From: Candidatus Fervidifonticultor tertius
GTDB lineage: Bacteria; Sysuimicrobiota; Sysuimicrobiia; Sysuimicrobiales; Humicultoraceae
Length of the DNA stretch: 64,000 nt
Reading direction: 5' to 3'
NCBI GenBank assembly: GCA_031459235.1
Contig: JAVKIY010000006.1
Location: forward strand, 2,067 to 66,066
How positions within the stretch are numbered: the first letter of the stretch is position 1; the number at the start of each line of letters is the position of its first letter. A model generated the notes under the pieces. It was not told the DNA's origin. It did not search any database and saw only the letters and a list, made by a program, of their open reading frames with translations. The translations under genes and the position numbers were made by a program. Below, piece by piece: positions 61,331 to 64,000 of the stretch.

Positions 61331-63109
61331 ATGCCAGCCGCCCTTGCGGCCCTGGAGGCCGAGCTCGCGGAGGCGACCTCGGGCCCACGGTTGATGGAGC
61401 ACGTCCGCCGCATCGCGCGGTGGCGCCGTCACGCCGGCACCGCGGAGGAGCGCGAGGCGTTCGACTACCCGCGGGCGGTGCTCGACGGCTACGGCTATGC
61501 CACCCGCCTGCTGGTGCATGACGCGTACATCAGTCTGCCGGTCGCCGCTCGCATCGAGTGGGCCGGCGGGGTGACGCCCGCGCTCGCGCACTCGTTCAGC
61601 CGCTCGGCCCCGCCCGGCGGCCTGGACGGCGAGCTGGTCGCGGCGGGCGCCGGTCGGCCGGCCGACTACGCCGGCGTGGACCCCCACGGCAGGATCGTCC
61701 TCCTCGACGGGGTGGCGAGTCCCGGTGCCGCGCTCGAGGCGAGCCGGCGCGGCGCGCTCGCGCAGGTGCACGTCTCGCCGCACGAGCACGTGCACGACAT
61801 GTGCGTCTCGCCGATCTGGGGCAGCCCCACCGACGAGGACCTGGAGCGGCTGCCGGCGACCGTCATCGTGTCGGTGACGCGCGCCGACGGCGAGGCGCTG
61901 CGGGCCGCCCTGGCGCACGGGCCGGTGCGCCTGCGGGTCTTTGCCGAAGTGGACACCGCCTGGCGGCAGACGCCGATCCTCCAGGCCGATCTGCCCGGCC
62001 GCGACCCCGCGACGTGGCTGATGTTCAGCGGCCACTACTGCTCCTGGTACGAGGGCGCCATGGACAACGCCGGCGCCAACGCCACCATGCTCGAGGTCGC
62101 GCGACTGGTCGCGCGCCACCGCGACCGCTGGGAGCGCGGGCTGCGGCTACTATTCTGGTCCGGGCACTCGCAGGGTCGTTACTCGGGCTCCACCTGGTAC
62201 GCCGACGCCTACCGGGAGGAGATCGCCGACGGGTGCGTCGGCCACGTCAACGTGGACTCCACCGGCGGGAGGGGCAACACGATCGTCGCCGACACCACCG
62301 CGATGGCCGAGACCGGCGCCCTGGCCGACGCGATCCTGCGCGCCTACGCCGAGCAGGGCTGGTCGGGCCGGCGCATGCAGCGCGCTGGCGACCAGTCGTT
62401 CTGGGGCATCGGGGTGAGCTGCCTGTTCGCCAACATGTCCGAGCAGCCCGCGCGGCCCGACGACGTGAACGCCTCGGCCGCGGTCTTCGGCGCCGAGGCG
62501 CGCGCGGGCGCCGGCACGGGCTGGTGGTGGCACACGCCCCATGACACCGTGGACAAGATCGACGAGACGATCCTGGTCCGCGACACCCGTATCTACCTGG
62601 CCGCGGTCTGGCGCTGGCTGACCGCGCCGGTACTGCCGCTGGACTTCGCGGCCGCCTCGCGCGAGGTCCGCGAGGCGCTCGAGACGCTGGCCACCGCGTC
62701 GCGCGGCCGGTTCGACCTGAGCCTCTGCCTGGAGCGCGCCGCGGCGGTCGAGGCGCTGGCCGCACGGCTCAACGCCCATGCCGGGCGCGTGGCCGCGGCC
62801 GCGGATCGCGGGGCGCCCGAGGCGCAGGTGGAGGCGGCGAGGATCAACCGCTGCCTGCTCGCGCTCCAGCGCACGCTCGTGCCGATCCGCTACACGCGCG
62901 CGGGGCCCTTCGACCAGGACCCGGCGCTCTCGCTTCCGCCACTGCCAGGGCTCGACGACGTGCGGCGCCTGGGGACCCTCGCGCCCGACGACGACGAGGC
63001 GCGCCACCTGACCGTGCGCCTGATGCGCGCCCGCAACCGTGTGGCCGACGCGCTGCGCCGCGCCGCCGCCGAGCTCGACGCCTGCCTGACCGACCTCGGC
63101 TCGCCGTAG
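61331..63109 (+). CDS. M28-family (PA domain / glutamate carboxypeptidase II-like) protein lacking the catalytic Glu-Glu pair
   Basis: ATG 61331, 592 aa. FSGHYCSWYEGAMDNAGA (His, Asp), NVDSTG (Asp) and WWHTPHDTVDKI (His) are conserved, but LLFWSGHSQGRYSGSTWY stands where WDAEEFGLLGS is expected. Helical C-terminal domain. Confidence 0.75.
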   Translation: MPAALAALEAELAEATSGPRLMEHVRRIARWRRHAGTAEEREAFDYPRAVLDGYGYATRLLVHDAYISLPVAARIEWAGGVTPALAHSFSRSAPPGGLDGELVAAGAGRPADYAGVDPHGRIVLLDGVASPGAALEASRRGALAQVHVSPHEHVHDMCVSPIWGSPTDEDLERLPATVIVSVTRADGEALRAALAHGPVRLRVFAEVDTAWRQTPILQADLPGRDPATWLMFSGHYCSWYEGAMDNAGANATMLEVARLVARHRDRWERGLRLLFWSGHSQGRYSGSTWYADAYREEIADGCVGHVNVDSTGGRGNTIVADTTAMAETGALADAILRAYAEQGWSGRRMQRAGDQSFWGIGVSCLFANMSEQPARPDDVNASAAVFGAEARAGAGTGWWWHTPHDTVDKIDETILVRDTRIYLAAVWRWLTAPVLPLDFAAASREVREALETLATASRGRFDLSLCLERAAAVEALAARLNAHAGRVAAAADRGAPEAQVEAARINRCLLALQRTLVPIRYTRAGPFDQDPALSLPPLPGLDDVRRLGTLAPDDDEARHLTVRLMRARNRVADALRRAAAELDACLTDLGSP

Positions 63110-63131
63110 CCGCCCCGCGAGGAGGCCTGCC

Positions 63132-63929
63132 ATGGAGCACCGCGACCGCGTGGTCATGATTACCGGGGCCGGGGGCCGTCTCGGCAGCCCGTGCGCCCTG
63201 GCCTTCGCGCGCGAGGGCGCGCGCCTGATTCTCACCGACCTTGACGCCAGCCGGCTCGAAGCCGTGGCGCGCGCGGCGCGGGCGGTGGGTGCCCGCGTCG
63301 CCGCGATCCCGGCCGACGTGCGGCTCGACGCCGACGTCGAGCGCGTGGTCGCCGAGGGCACGGCCGCGCTCGGCCCGATCGACGTGCTGGTGACCTTCGC
63401 GGGCTACGTGCCTACCACGTATGTCGTGGACATGCCCACCGAGGAGTGGGACCGTGTCTTCGACGTGAACGTGAAGGGCACGATGCTCTGCTGCCGGACG
63501 GTGGCGCGCCAGATGATCGCCCGCGAAGCCGGCGGCGCCATCGTCACGATCTCATCCGGAGCGGGCACCTCGGCGCGGGCCGGCGCGGCCCACTACTGCG
63601 GCTCGAAGGCCGCGGTGAACATGCTCACCCAGGTACTCGCCATCGAGCTCGGCCCGTACAACATCCGGGTGAACGCGGTCGCGCCCGGGCTCGTGCTCGA
63701 TCAGGTGGTCCGGCGCGGCGAAGGCTCCCCCCATCCCTACGTGCGCGACATGCTCGCCGCCATCCCGCTCGGTCGCACGGGCACCGCGGACGAGATCGCC
63801 GCGGCGGTGCTCTTCCTGGCCTCGCCGCGCGCGAGCTACGTGCACGGCGAGGTCTTCTACGTCTCGGGCGGGGCGCACTGCGGCCGCGCGCACATGGCGG
63901 TCGCGCGAGGGAATATCCAGACGGCCTAG
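63132..63929 (+). CDS. Short-chain dehydrogenase/reductase (SDR)
   Basis: 265 aa. ITGAGGRLG, SSGAG..AHYCGSKAAV (YxxxK) and PGLV. Confidence 0.9.
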   Translation: MEHRDRVVMITGAGGRLGSPCALAFAREGARLILTDLDASRLEAVARAARAVGARVAAIPADVRLDADVERVVAEGTAALGPIDVLVTFAGYVPTTYVVDMPTEEWDRVFDVNVKGTMLCCRTVARQMIAREAGGAIVTISSGAGTSARAGAAHYCGSKAAVNMLTQVLAIELGPYNIRVNAVAPGLVLDQVVRRGEGSPHPYVRDMLAAIPLGRTGTADEIAAAVLFLASPRASYVHGEVFYVSGGAHCGRAHMAVARGNIQTA

Positions 63930-64000
63930 GCTGTCAAGTTCCGGAAGGGTGTTGACACTTTGGTGTTCATGAGGGCACCTCTTGGGCTCGCCTGAAGATC

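Noticed and set aside
1-64000. rRNA, tRNA, CRISPR arrays, IS elements, integrases, prophage genes
   Set aside because: No direct-repeat/spacer arrays, no cloverleaf-like lower-GC islands and no transposase or integrase motifs were seen by eye in any plausible ORF. A scan with tRNAscan-SE, Infernal or ISfinder would be needed for certainty.
63930-64000. Drop in GC content after the last SDR gene, with a perfect TTGACA (63951-56) and a short minus-strand reading frame ending at 63926
   Set aside because: No matching -10 lies at 16-18 nt. The stretch is cut by the window edge, so neither a promoter nor a gene end can be supported.

Overview
Very GC-rich bacterial chromosomal DNA (by eye roughly 70%, not computed). 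It is almost fully coding, with about 60 CDS and many 1-4 nt start/stop overlaps (ATGA, GTGA, TGATG), which indicates tightly coupled operons. The content is dominated by solute uptake and hydrolase/oxidoreductase catabolic operons. Transport: three Dpp/Opp-type ABC modules (family-5 binding protein plus two permeases, none with an ATPase), one CUT1 sugar ABC module (also ATPase-less), one PotD/A/B/C-like module (with ATPase), an NMT1-type binding protein and two DHA2 MFS transporters. Hydrolases: three creatininase-family paralogues, two M19-like dipeptidase homologues, M20, M24, M28-like and AstE/AspA-like metallohydrolases, a gamma-glutamyltransferase, three amidohydrolases and two MBL-fold proteins. 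Other enzymes: two enolase-superfamily (MR/MLE) proteins, an HpcH aldolase, an ADP-forming acyl-CoA synthetase, and dehydrogenases (ALDH, two SDRs, HIBADH-like, Ldh2, LLM, Gfo/Idh/MocA, LhgO). Housekeeping genes guaB and phhB are present. Two paralogous vapBC toxin-antitoxin modules carry the clearest sigma70-like promoters. I recognised no rRNA, tRNA, CRISPR array, transposase or integrase. The most notable feature is a c-di-GMP-I (GEMM-I) riboswitch with an overlapping intrinsic terminator, placed in front of a small HD-GYP protein with a degenerate metal site (50805-51519). Other points: several hydrolase paralogues have lost canonical metal ligands; a Cys-rich mini-protein is translationally coupled to a VWA membrane protein; and four decayed gene remnants (Uma2, GIY-YIG, Fe-S hydro-lyase alpha, alpha/beta hydrolase) sit in intergenic spacers. 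The phylum cannot be assigned from this sequence alone. All homology statements are by-eye motif recognition from memory, not database searches.
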